From positions 24,056,001 to 24,120,000 of the forward strand of contig NC_043009.1 of assembly GCF_006345805.1 (NCBI RefSeq): 64,000 nucleotides of DNA, read 5' to 3'. The notes under the pieces were generated by a model, which was not told the origin of the DNA, made no database searches, and worked only from the letters and a program-made list of their open reading frames with translations. Both the position numbers and the translations under genes were made by a program. Shown here one piece after another: positions 27,001 to 39,900 of this stretch. The stretch's first letter is position 1, and each line of letters begins with the position of its first letter. Source of the stretch: Octopus sinensis (lineage: Eukaryota).

Positions 27001-30000
27001 TTCGGCTTCTAATCACCTCTAGAATTCTGCTCGAACTAAAAGTGCTATCAAATTCGAATATGCAAGCGAAGAATTTCTGCTCTCCCCTTTCCACCAGCGT
27101 GGGTTAAAATTGACAAACACCATGTATTAACGGTGAAAACCGCAGCATTTTACAGAGAAAGATGAATTATAATTTCAACAATTGAGGGTAAAATTAATTA
27201 ATTATTAATCAATTTCACCAAGTATTCAGTATGTAAAGGGACCATTATAGGCGAATTCAAAATATTACATTATATATAAGGGCTTAGTAAAATAAATTAC
27301 TTTGCCACATACTGAACTCATTAGAAATAGCAGCTAAAGAAATTTCTTCAGCTATTTCTAATACTTAAAGAAGATCTCTCTCAGATAGTGTTTGCCTAAA
27401 CTAACTCACAAAAGTATGGGGGAAAAAACATTAAAAAATCAAGTGCAAAGGTTATTTGAGAACGTACGTTTCTAGATTAGTCAATTCGACATTTCTTTCT
27501 TCAGCTCAGAATTCCTTGAATCGGATTTGGGAACACTGAAAGTCGGGAGCATACCCTTTCGGCTTCTAATCACCTCTAGAATTCTGCTCGAACTAAAAGT
27601 GCTATCAAATTCGAATATGCAAGCGAAGAATTTCTGCTCTCCCCTTTCCACCAGCGTGGGTTAAAATTGACAAACACCATGTATTAACGGTGAAAACCGC
27701 AGCATTTTACAGAGAAAGATGAATTATAATTTCAACAATTGAGGGTAAAATTAATTAATTATTAATCAATTTCACCAAGTATTCAGTATGTAAAGGGACC
27801 ATTATAGGCGAATTCAAAATATTACATTATATATAAGGGCTTAGTAAAATAAATTACTTTGCCACATACTGAACTCATTAGAAATAGCAGCTAAAGAAAT
27901 TTCTTCAGCTATTTCTAATACTTAAAGAAGATCTCTCTCAGATAGTGTTTGCCTAAACTAACTCACAAAAGTATGGGGGAAAAAACATTAAAAAATCAAG
28001 TGCAAAGGTTATTTGAGAACGTACGTTTCTAGATTAGTCAATTCGACATTTCTTTCTTCAGCTCAGAATTCCTTGAATCGGATTTGGGAACACTGAAAGT
28101 CGGGAGCATACCCTTTCGGCTTCTAATCACCTCTAGAATTCTGCTCGAACTAAAAGTGCTATCAAATTCGAATATGCAAGCGAAGAATTTCTGCTCTCCC
28201 CTTTCCACCAGCGTGGGTTAAAATTGACAAACACCATGTATTAACGGTGAAAACCGCAGCATTTTACAGAGAAAGATGAATTATAATTTCAACAATTGAG
28301 GGTAAAATTAATTAATTATTAATCAATTTCCAAGTATTCAGTATGTAAAGGGACCATTATAGGCGAATCAAAATATTACATTATATATAAGGGCTTAGTA
28401 AAATAAATTACTTTGCCACATACTGAACTCATTAGAAATAGCAGCTAAAGAAATTTCTTCAGCTATTTCTAATACTTAAAGAAGATCTCTCTCAGATAGT
28501 GTTTGCCTAAACTAACTCACAAAAGTATGGGGAAAAAAACATTAAAAAATCAAGTGCAAAGGTTATTTGAGAACGTACGTTTCTAGATTAGTCAATTCGA
28601 CATTTCTTTCTTCAGCTCAGAATTCCTTGAATCGGATTTGGGAACACTGAAAGTCGGGAGCATACCCTTTCGGCTTCTAATCACCTCTAGAATTCTGCTC
28701 GAACTAAAAGTGCTATCAAATTCGAATATGCAAGCGAAGAATTTCTGCTCTCCCCTTTCCACCAGCGTGGGTTAAAATTGACAAACACCATGTATTAACG
28801 GTGAAAACCGCAGCATTTTACAGAGAAAGATGAATTATAATTTCAACAATTGAGGGTAAAATAATTAATTATTAATCAATTTCACCAAGTATTCAGTATG
28901 TAAAGGGACCATTATAGGCGAATTCAAAATATTACATTATATATAAGGGCTTAGTAAAATAAATTACTTTGCCACATACTGAACTCATTAGAAATAGCAG
29001 CTAAAGAAATTTCTTCAGCTATTTCTAATACTTAAGAAGATCTCTCTCAGATAGTGTTTGCCTAAACTAACTCACAAAAGTATGGGGGAAAAAACATTAA
29101 AAAATCAAGTGCAAAGGTTATTTGAGAACGTACGTTTCTAGATTAGTCAATTCGACATTTCTTTCTTCAGCTCAGAATTCCTTGAATCGGATTTGGGAAC
29201 ACTGAAAGTCGGGAGCATACCCTTTCGGCTTCTAATCACCTCTAGAATTCTGCTCGAACTAAAAGTGCTATCAAATTCGAATATGCAAGCGAAGAATTTC
29301 TGCTCTCCTCTTTCCACCAGCGTGGGTTAAATTGACAAACACCATGTATTAACGGTGAAAACCGCAGCATTTTACAGAGAAAGATGAATTATAATTTCAA
29401 CAATTGAGGGTAAAATTAATTAATTATTAATCAATTTCACCAAGTATTCAGTATGTAAAGGGACCATTATAGGCGAATTCAAAATATTACATTATATATA
29501 AGGGCTTAGTAAAATAAATTACTTTGCCACATACTGAACTCATTAGAAATAGCAGCTAAAGAAATTTCTTCAGCTATTTCTAATACTTAAAGAAGATCTC
29601 TCTCAGATAGTGTTTGCCTAAACTAACTCACAAAAGTATGGGGGAAAAAACATTAAAAAATCAAGTGCAAAGGTTATTTGAGAACGTACGTTTCTAGATT
29701 AGTCAATTCGACATTTCTTTCTTCAGCTCAGAATTCCTTGAATCGGATTTGGGAACACTGAAAGTCGGGAGCATACCCTTTCGGCTTCTAATCACCTCTA
29801 GAATTCTGCTCGAACTAAAAGTGCTATCAAATTCGAATATGCAAGCGAAGAATTTCTGCTCTCCCCTTTCCACCAGCGTGGGTTAAAATTGACAAACACC
29901 ATGTATTAACGGTGAAAACCGCAGCATTTTACAGAGAAAGATGAATTATAATTTCAACAATTGAGGGTAAAATTAATTAATTATTAATCAATTTCACCAA

Positions 30001-33000
30001 GTATTCAGTATGTAAAGGGACCATTATAGGCGAATTCAAAATATTACATTATATATAAGGGCTTAGTAAAATAAATTACTTTGCCACATACTGAACTCAT
30101 TAGAAATAGCAGCTAAAGAAATTTCTTCAGCTATTTCTAATACTTAAAGAAGATCTCTCTCAGATAGTGTTTGCCTAAACTAACTCACAAAAGTATGGGG
30201 GGGAAAAAACATTAAAAAATCAAGTGCAAAGGTTATTTGAGAACGTACGTTTCTAGATTAGTCAATTCGACATTTCTTTCTTCAGCTCAGAATTCCTTGA
30301 ATCGGATTTGGGAACACTGAAGTGAAAGTCGGGCATACCCTTTCGGCTTCTAATCACCTCTAGAATTCTGCTCGAACTAAAAGTGCTATCAAATTCGAAT
30401 ATGCAAGCGAAGAATTTCTGCTCTCCCCTTTCCACCAGCGTGGGTTAAAATTGACAAACACCATGTATTAACGGTGAAAACCGCAGCATTTTACAGAGAA
30501 AGATGAATTATAATTTCAACAATTGAGGGTAAAATTAATTAATTATTAATCAATTTCACCAAGTATTCAGTATGTAAAGGGACCATTATAGGCGAATTCA
30601 AAATATTACATTATATATAAGGGCTTAGTAAAATAAATTACTTTGCCACATACTGAACTCATTAGAAATAGCAGCTAAAGAAATTTCTTCAGCTATTTCT
30701 AATACTTAAAGAAGATCTCTCTCAGATAGTGTTTGCCTAAACTAACTCACAAAAGTATGGGGGAAAAAACATTAAAAAATCAAGTGCAAAGGTTATTTGA
30801 GAACGTACGTTTCTAGATTAGTCAATTCGACATTTCTTTCTTCAGCTCAGAATTCCTTGAATCGGATTTGGGAACACTGAAAGTCGGGAGCATACCCTTT
30901 CGGCTTCTAATCACCTCTAGAATTCTGCTCGAACTAAAAGTGCTATCAAATTCGAATATGCAAGCGAAGAATTTCTGCTCTCCCCTTTCCACCAGCGTGG
31001 GTTAAAATTGACAAACACCATGTATTAACGGTGAAAACCGCAGCATTTTACAGAGAAAGATGAATTATAATTTCAACAATTGAGGGTAAAATTAATTAAT
31101 TATTAATCAATTTCACCAAGTATTCAGTATGTAAAGGGACCATTATAGGCGAATTCAAAATATTACATTATATATAAGGGCTTAGTAAAATAAATTACTT
31201 TGCCACATACTGAACTCATTAGAAATAGCAGCTAAAGAAATTTCTTCAGCTATTTCTAATACTTAAAGAAGATCTCTCTCAGATAGTGTTTGCCTAAACT
31301 AACTCACAAAAGTATGGGGGAAAAAACATAATTAAAAATCAAGTGCAAAGGTTATTTGAGAACGTACGTTTCTAGATTAGTCAATTCGACATTTCTTTCT
31401 TCAGCTCAGAATTCCTTGAATCGGATTTGGGAACACTGAAAGTCGGGAGCATACCCTTTCGGCTTCTAATCACCTCTAGAATTCTGCTCGAACTAAAAGT
31501 GCTATCAAATTCGAATATGCAAGCGAAGAATTTCTGCTCTCCCCTTTCCACCAAGCGTGGGTTAAAATTGACAAACACCATGTATTAACGGTGAAAACCG
31601 CAGCATTTTACAGAGAAAGATGAATTATAATTTCAACAATTGAGGGTAAAATTAATTAATTATTAATCAATTTCACCAAGTATTCAGTATGTAAAGGGAC
31701 CATTATAGGCGAATTCAAAATATTACATTATATATAAGGGCTTAGTAAAATAAATTACTTTGCCACATACTGAACTCATTAGAAATAGCAGCTAAAGAAA
31801 TTTCTTCAGCTATTTCTAATACTTAAAGAAGATCTCTCTCAGATAGTGTTTGCCTAAACTAACTCACAAAAGTATGGGGGAAAAAACATTAAAAAATCAA
31901 GTGCAAAGGTTATTTGAGAACGTACGTTTCTAGATTAGTCAATTCGACATTTCTTTCTTCAGCTCAGAATTCCTTGAATCGGATTTGGGAACACTGAAAG
32001 TCGGGAGCATACCCTTTCGGCTTCTAATCACCTCTAGAATTCTGCTCGAACTAAAAGTGCTATCAAATTCGAATATGCAAGCGAAGAATTTCTGCTCTCC
32101 CCTTTCCACCAGCGTGGGTTAAAATTGACAAACACCATGTATTAACGGTGAAAACCGCAGCATTTTACAGAGAAAGATGAATTATAATTTCAACAATTGA
32201 GGGTAAAATTAATTAATTATTAATCAATTTCACCAAGTATTCAGTATGTAAAGGGACCATTATAGGCGAATTCAAAATATTACATTATATATAAGGGCTT
32301 AGTAAAATAAATTACTTTGCCACATACTGAACTCATTAGAAATAGCAGCTAAAGAAATTTCTTCAGCTATTTCTAATACTTAAAGAAGATCTCTCTCAGA
32401 TAGTGTTTGCCTAAACTAACTCACAAAAGTATGGGGGAAAAAACATTAAAAAATCAAGTGCAAAGGTTATTTGAGAACGTACGTTTCTAGATTAGTCAAT
32501 TCGACATTTCTTTCTTCAGCTCAGAATTCCTTGAATCGGATTTGGGAACACTGAAAGTCGGGAGCATACCCTTTCGGCTTCTAATCACCTCTAGAATTCT
32601 GCTCGAACTAAAAGTGCTATCAAATTCGAATATGCAAGCGAAGAATTTCTGCTCTCCCCTTTCCACCAGCGTGGGTTAAAATTGACAAACACCATGTATT
32701 AACGGTGAAAACCGCAGCATTTTACAGAGAAAGATGAATTATAATTTCAACAATTGAGGGGTAAATTAATTAATTATTAATCAATTTCACCAAGTATTCA
32801 GTATGTAAAGGGACCATTATAGGCGAATTCAAAATATACATTATATATAAGGGCTTAGTAAAATAAATTACTTTGCCACATACTGAACTCATTAGAAATA
32901 GCAGCTAAAGAAATTTCTTCAGCTATTTCTAATACTTAAAGAAGATCTCTCTCAGATAGTGTTTGCCTAAACTAACTCACAAAAGTATGGGGGAAAAAAC

Positions 33001-35663
33001 ATTAAAAAATCAAGTGCAAAGGTTATTTGAGAACGTACGTTTCTAGATTAGTCAATTCGACATTTCTTTCTTCAGCTCAGAATTCCTTGAATCGGATTTG
33101 GGAACACTGAAAGTCGGGAGCATACCCTTTCGGCTTCTAATCACCTCTAGAATTCTGCTCGAACTAAAAGTGCTATCAAATTCGAATATGCAAGCGAAGA
33201 ATTTCTGCTCTCCCCTTTCCACCAGCGTGGGTTAAAATTGACAAACACCATGTATTAACGGTGAAAACCGCAGCATTTTACAGAGAAAGATGAATTATAA
33301 TTTCAACAATTGAGGGTAAAATAATTAATTATTAATCAATTTCACCAAGTATTCAGTATGTAAAGGGACCATTATAGGCGAATTCAAAATATTACATTAT
33401 ATATAAGGGCTTAGTAAAAAATTACTTTGCCACATACTGAACTCATTAGAAATAGCAGCTAAAGAAATTTCTTCAGCTATTTCTAATACTTAAAGAGATC
33501 TCTCTCAGATAGTGTTTGCCTAAACTAACTCACAAAAGTATGGGGGAAAAAACATTAAAAAATCAAGTGCAAAGGTTATTTGAGAACGTACGTTTCTAGA
33601 TTAGTCAATTCGACATTTCTTTCTTCAGCTCAGAATTCCTTGAATCGGATTTGGGAACACTGAAAGTCGGGAGCATACCCTTTCGGCTTCTAATCACCTC
33701 TAGAATTCTGCTCGAACTAAAAGTGCTATCAAATTCGAATATGCAAGCGAAGAATTTCTGCTCTCCCCTTTCCACCAGCGTGGGTTAAAATTGACAAACA
33801 CCATGTATTAACGGTGAAAACCGCAGCATTTTAGAGAGAAAGATGAATTATAATTTCAACAATTGAGGGTAAAATTAATTAATTATTAATCAATTTCACC
33901 AAGTATTCAGTATGTAAAGGGACCATTATAGGCGAATTCAAAATATTACATTATATATAAGGGCTTAGTAAAATAAATTACTTTGCCACATACTGAACTC
34001 ATAGAAATAGCAGCTAAAGAAATTTCTTCAGCTATTTCTAATACTTAAAGAAGATCTCTCTCAGATAGTGTTTGCCTAAACTAACTCACAAAAGTATGGG
34101 GGAAAAAACATTAAAAAATCAAGTGCAAAGGTTATTTGAGAACGTACGTTTCTAGATTAGTCAATTCGACATTTCTTTCTTCAGCTCAGAATTCCTTGAA
34201 TCGGATTTGGGAACACTGAAAGTCGGGAGCATACCCTTTCGGCTTCTAATCACCTCTAGATTCTGCTCGAACTAAAAGTGCTATCAAATTCGAATATGCA
34301 AGCGAAGAATTTCTGCTCTCCCCTTTCCACCAGCGTGGGTTAAAATTGACAAACACCATGTATTAACGGTGAAAACCGCAGCATTTTACAGAGAAAGATG
34401 AATTATAATTTCAACAATTGAGGGTAAAATAATTAATATTAATCAATTTCACCAAGTATTCAGTATGTAAAGGGACCATTATAGGCGAATTCAAAATATT
34501 ACATTATATATAAGGGCTTAGTAAAATAAATTACTTTGCCACATACTGAACTCATTAGAAATAGCAGCTAAAGAAATTTCTTCAGCTATTTCTAATACTT
34601 AAAGAAGATCTCTCTCAGATAGTGTTTGCCTAAACTAACTCACAAAAGTATGGGGGAAAAAACATTAAAAAATCAAGTGCAAAGGTTATTTGAGAACGTA
34701 CGTTTCTAGATTAGTCAATTCGACATTTCTTTCTTCAGCTCAGAATTCCTTGAATCGGATTTGGGAACACTGAAAGTCGGGAGCATACCCTTCGGCTTCT
34801 AATCACCTCTAGAATTCTGCTCGAACTAAAAGTGCTATCAAATTCGAATATGCAAGCGAAGAATTTCTGCTCTCCCCTTTCCACCAGCGTGGGTTAAAAT
34901 TGACAAACACCATGTATTAACGGTGAAAACCGCAGCATTTTACAGAGAAAGATGAATTATAATTTCAACAATTGAGGGTAAAATTAATTAATTATTAATC
35001 AATTTCACCAAGTATTCAGTATGTAAAGGGACCATTATAGGCGAATTCAAAATATTACATTATATATAAGGGCTTAGTAAAATAAATTACTTTGCCACAT
35101 ACTGAACTCATTAGAAATAGCAGCTAAAGAAATTTCTTCAGCTATTTCTAATACTTAAAGAAGATCTCTCTCAGATAGTGTTTGCCTAAACTAACTCACA
35201 AAAGTATGGGGGAAAAAACATTAAAAAATCAAGTGCAAAGGTTATTTGAGAACGTACGTTTCTAGATTAGTCAATTCGACATTTCTTTCTTCAGCTCAGA
35301 ATTCCTTGAATCGGATTTGGGAACACTGAAAGTCGGGAGCATACCCTTTCGGCTTCTAATCACCTCTAGAATTCTGCTCGAACTAAAAGTGCTATCAAAT
35401 TCGAATATGCAAGCGAAGAATTTCTGCTCTCCCCTTTCCACCAGCGTGGGTTAAAATTGACAAACACCATGTATTAACGGTGAAAACCGCAGCATTTTAC
35501 AGAGAAAGATGAATTATAATTTCAATAATTGAGGGTAAAATTAATTAATTATTAATCAATTTCACCAAGTATTCAGTATGTAAAGGGACCATTATAGGCG
35601 AATTCAAAATATTACATTATATATAAGGGCTTAGTAAAATAAATTACTTTGCCACATACTGAA
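15073..35663 (-). repeat. Tandem satellite array, ~556-bp unit, 37 copies
   Basis: The marker gagaacgtacgtttctag recurs from 15234 to ~35248 at ~556-bp spacing; units differ mainly by 1-4-bp indels. Confidence 0.98.
15233..15284 (-). ncRNA. Type I hammerhead ribozyme motif, one per satellite unit (first copy shown)
   Basis: Minus strand TGAG-CTGAAGA-[A.A, AGA/TCT, 3x3 loop, GTC/GAC]-GAAA-CGTACG-TT-CTCA. Stem I TGAG/CTCA, palindromic AACGTACGTT stem III, GUU triplet. Confidence 0.75.
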
Positions 35664-36814
35664 ATTGATTAATAATTAATTAATTTTACCCTCAATTGTT
35701 GAAATTATAATTCATCTTTCTCTGTAAAATGCTGCGGTTTTCACCGTTAATACATGGTGTTTGTCAATTTTAACCCACGCTGGTGGAAAGGGGAGAGCAG
35801 AAATTCTTCGCTTGCATATTCGAATTTGATAGCACTTTTAGTTCGAGCAGAATTCTAGAGGTGATTAGAAGCCGAAAAGGTATGCTCCCGACTTTCAGTG
35901 TTCCCAAATCCGATTCAAGAATTCTGAGCTGAAGGAAGATATGTCGAATTGACTAATCTAGAAACGTACGTTCTCAAATAACCTTTGCACTTGTTTTTTA
36001 ATGTTTTCCCCCATACTTTTGTGAGTTAGTTTAGGCAAACCAATATCTGAGAGAGATCTTCTTAAGTATTAGAAATAGCTGAAGAAATTCTTTAGCTGCT
36101 ATTCTAATGAGTTCAGTATGGGCAAAGTAATTTATTTTACTAAGCCCTTATATATAATGTAATATTTTGAATTCGCCTATAATGGTCCCTTTACATACTG
36201 AATACTTGGTGAAATTGATTAATAATTTAATAATTTTACCCTCAATTGTTGAAATTATAATTCATCTTTCTCTGATAAAATGCTGCGGTTTTCACCGTTA
36301 ATACATGGTGTTTGTCAATTTTAACCACGCTGGTGGAAAAAGGAGGGCAGAAAGAGCGAGAGAAATCTTCGCTTGCATATTCGAATTTGATAGCACTTTA
36401 GTTCGAGCAGAATTCTAGAGGTGATTAGAAGCCGAAAGGGTATGCTCCCGACTTTCAGTGTTCCCAAATCCGATTCAAGGAATTCTGAGCTGAAGAAAGA
36501 AATGTCGAATTACTAATCTAGAAACGTACGTTCTCAAATAACCTTTGCACTTGATTTTTAATGTTTTCCCCCATACTTTTGTGAGTTAGTTTAGGCAAAC
36601 ACTATCTGAGAGAGATCTTCTTTAAGTATTAGAAATAGCTGAAGAAATTTCTTTAGCTGCTATTTCTAATGAGTTCAGTATGTGCAAAGTAATTTATTTT
36701 ACTAAGCCCTTATATATAATGTAATATTTTGAATTCGCCTATAATGGTCCTTTACATACTGAATACTTGGTGAAATTGATTAATAATTAATTAATTTTAC
36801 CCTCAATTGTTGAA

Positions 36815-36820
<6 letters not shown>
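35660..36820 (+). repeat. Inverted continuation of the satellite (~2.1 units)
   Basis: Reverse complement of the unit starting at a TGAA microhomology; HHR intact at 36486-36536, core mutated (CTGAAGG) in the first inverted unit; ends in (TA)n. Confidence 0.95.
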
Positions 36821-36871
<51 letters not shown>

Positions 36872-36879
36872 GTATATAT

Positions 36880-37052
36880 GTATGTGCGTGTATATGCTTG
36901 TGTCTACGTTTCTCCCTCCAACATCGCTTGACAACCGATGCTGGTGTGTTTACGCCCCCGTAAATTGCTAAGCTTACAAAGAATAAGTACTGGGATCGAT
37001 TTGCTCGACTAAAGGCGGTGCTCCAGCATGGCCACAGTCAAATGACTGAAAC
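36880..37052 (+). mobile_element. SINE family A, 3' portion
   Basis: acatcgcttgacaaccgatgctggtgtgtttacg..ctccagcatggccacagtcaaatgactgaaac. Confidence 0.8.
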
Positions 37053-37060
37053 AAATACCC

Positions 37061-37340
37061 ATGGCAAACGAACCTCCACCAACTATTCTGCCTATAGTGT
37101 ATGTGCACACCTTTACATGCAGTGTACGCCTGAAGGTTTGCAAAACTAACGGAGGCCTCAAAAGGCATTTTAAGATCCACAAAGATCAGAACGTATCTGC
37201 AGCTCTTGGTGGTCCAAATCGGAAACCGTATGTGCAATCTATGTGGGTGTCTTTTCAGAACATTGTCTGGTTTAAAAAGCCACATCAGATTCCATGATGG
37301 TGCTGCGGTGTAGTTACAAGAGGTGGTCAAACTCCTTTGC
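37061..37340 (+). pseudogene. Two decayed C2H2 zinc fingers, probably the 3' end of a LINE ORF2
   Basis: FTCSVRLKVCKTNGGLKRHFKIH, then after a frameshift CNLCGCLFRTLSGLKSHIRFH; no upstream exon or RT seen. Confidence 0.5.
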
Positions 37341-37528
37341 AAATACTGATAGGGCACAGATAGTGTGTCAATAGCCAGCTGGAGATGTCTTCCCGGGGCT
37401 ACAAGCTACAGTAGCATCAACCCTTAAGTGTTAGTCACATTTAGGTCAAATATACTTCACGATGTTAAGCAGCTACTGTTTATACCTCGCTCAGGGATTT
37501 CTTATTGCTTATATATATATATATATTA

Positions 37529-37571
<43 letters not shown>

Positions 37572-38154
37572 GTTATTATTATTAGCATTAACTGATCTTC
37601 TGTCTGAGCTCTTACAGAGATTTTGGACAATTATTAATTATTCCTTTCTGCTCTAGGAGGAAGGCCTGAAGTTTTTGGAGAGGAGACTAGTCGGCAGAAT
37701 TTGAACTCGGAGCGTAGAGACAGCCAAAATGTCGCTAGGCATTTTGGTCCCCAGCGTGAATACAGTTCTAACATTTCGTTGCATTTGGGAAATTGAATAT
37801 TATTGTAATTCAGAACATTGACACACTTTAAAATATAAGGATGTTAATAAAACCGGATGATTTTTGAAGATAACCGATGATCAAGGAAGTGGTAGGATAA
37901 ACCAAGAAAGAAAACAATAAAAAGAGAGAGAAATACAATTTTAAAGTAGCCCTTGAACAACAAAATATTATTTAAATAAAGGTGTGATTCAGTGTAAATA
38001 AATCCAAACATAATTTAATCCCATTTTTCTTTGTCAAACTAATTTCCTATCGCACCTATTTTGATGACAGAAGACCCGTATAGATTCTTAGAATTGGGCT
38101 TGTTGTTTTGATTTCAGTCCCTGAAACTAGTAAATAGACGGATGTGGATAAACC

Positions 38155-38162
38155 TATAAATA
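38155..38162 (+). promoter_or_regulatory. TATA-like box of gene 1
   Basis: TATAAATA 116 bp upstream of the ATG; the paralogue has TATAAAA at a comparable distance. Confidence 0.45.
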
Positions 38163-38270
38163 TGGAACTCTACACTCTGATGTTAGCCACTCGCCTCCAT
38201 TCTGCCAAACTACTTTCTCATTAGCGATCGAACTTGTGTCGAATTTTGAGAAAACAAAACCAACACCACG

Positions 38271-38361
38271 ATGAAGATGATGAACACTCTCATTTATTTG
38301 GCTCTCATGTTCTATCTGGGAACTGGTGCTGTCGTAGATACTGAAACAAAGATAAGTGAAG
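38271..38361 (+). CDS. Gene 1 exon 1: signal peptide of a secreted Cys-rich precursor
   Basis: MKMMNTLIYLALMFYLGTGA|VVDTETKISE then G|GTAGGT (phase 1); 5' UTR and coding sequence similar to 48129-48225. Confidence 0.88.
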
Positions 38362-38689
38362 GTAGGTACTACTTTAGTGTAACACAATACACGCACATAC
38401 ATACTCACGCACACATACACACGCGCGCACACACACACACACAGACGCTCAAACATACACACACACAAACACACACACAACACACAGAGTGTGTAAAAGA
38501 AATCGGAAGGTTGGGTCGCCAATCAGGCTTTTTACGATAGCTTTAAAGCTAGGATTTCTCAGAACCCACTCATACATCTAAATGCACTTAATTTGCTACA
38601 AATGGCAGCAAAACTGTCGGGCAAACAGACTATCTTCCATGAAAATATTCTTTTCTCCTCTAGGCACAAGACCCGAAATTGTGTGGGAG

Positions 38690-39033
38690 GGCACCAGTCG
38701 ATTATATCGACCCAAGTACGCAACTGGTACTTAAATTATCAACCCCGATAGCGTGAAAGGCAAAGTCGACCTCGGTAAAATTTGAACTTGGAACAAAAAT
38801 ACAGACGAAATACTGTTTGGTATTTCGCACCCTGCATGCTAACGTTTCTTATTTCTTTATTACCCACAAGGGGCTAAACATAGAGGGGACAAACAAGGAC
38901 AGAAAAAGGGATTAAGTCGATTACATAGTCCCCGGTGCGTAACTGGTACTTAATTCATCGACCCTGAAAGGATCAAAGGCAAAGTCGACCTCGGCGGAAT
39001 TTGAACTCAGAACGTAAAACAGACGAAATACCG
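38690..39033 (-). mobile_element. SINE family B, two pieces
   Basis: aaggcaaagtcgacctcgg..aatttgaac repeated twice. Confidence 0.75.
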
Positions 39034-39041
39034 TTACACAT

Positions 39042-39094
<53 letters not shown>

Positions 39095-39215
39095 CACACA
39101 CACACACACACAAACATATATATATATATATATATATATATTGGGTTATCCCATAAATAATGCTGTTTTTCAAACTGAAAGAAGTATTAATAACTGCATT
39201 ATTTATTGGATGACC

Positions 39216-39263
<48 letters not shown>

Positions 39264-39492
39264 TTGTGTGTTTGTGTGTCAGAATATAAGAATAAAAGAA
39301 TTCACGTAGTCGCATATAGATTATATCTTTAAAACAATTGTGAGATGTCGACAAAACACGTTGGACAGGTCTTTTCTACTATATCCCTGGGTCGACAAAG
39401 TACCTTGTGAGAGAAATTGGTACACAGAACGTGTATGGAACTCCAACGTATACACACACACACACACACAAATATATACATATATATACATA

Positions 39493-39645
39493 TACGACGA
39501 GCTTCTTTCAGTTTCCGCCCACCACATTCACTCAAAAGGCTTTGGTTGACCTGAAGCTATAGTAGAAGACACTTGCCCAAGTTACCACACAATGGGACTG
39601 AAGCCGGAACCATGTGGTTGGGAAGCAAGCTTCTTACCACTCACC
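39493..39645 (-). mobile_element. SINE family A, head portion
   Basis: Reverse complement of gtggtaagaagcttgcttcccaaccacatggttccggcttcagtccca.. Confidence 0.75.
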
Positions 39646-39850
39646 CTATATATACATACACATTTTTTCTTTCCTTTTTTCTCTCCTGTTTCCTCTCCTT
39701 ATTTCCCTCCTTGTTTTTTCTGTGTCCCTTTCTGTAGAAGAGCGTAGGCTCGAAACGTAAAATGCTTTTTCTATCCCTGAGCGTTATACTAATACATCTG
39801 TTTGTTTTGTACACCACCTGTCTTCGTCTTTTGTTTTTTTCGTAAACTCT

Positions 39851-39900
<50 letters not shown>

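Noticed and set aside
15787-31581. 63-68-aa ORFs in satellite units
   Set aside because: They appear only where indels happen to open a frame, overlap on both strands and show no recognisable domain.
15073-35663. Array as CRISPR, rDNA or snRNA repeat
   Set aside because: No variable spacers and no recognisable rRNA, 5S or snRNA sequence.
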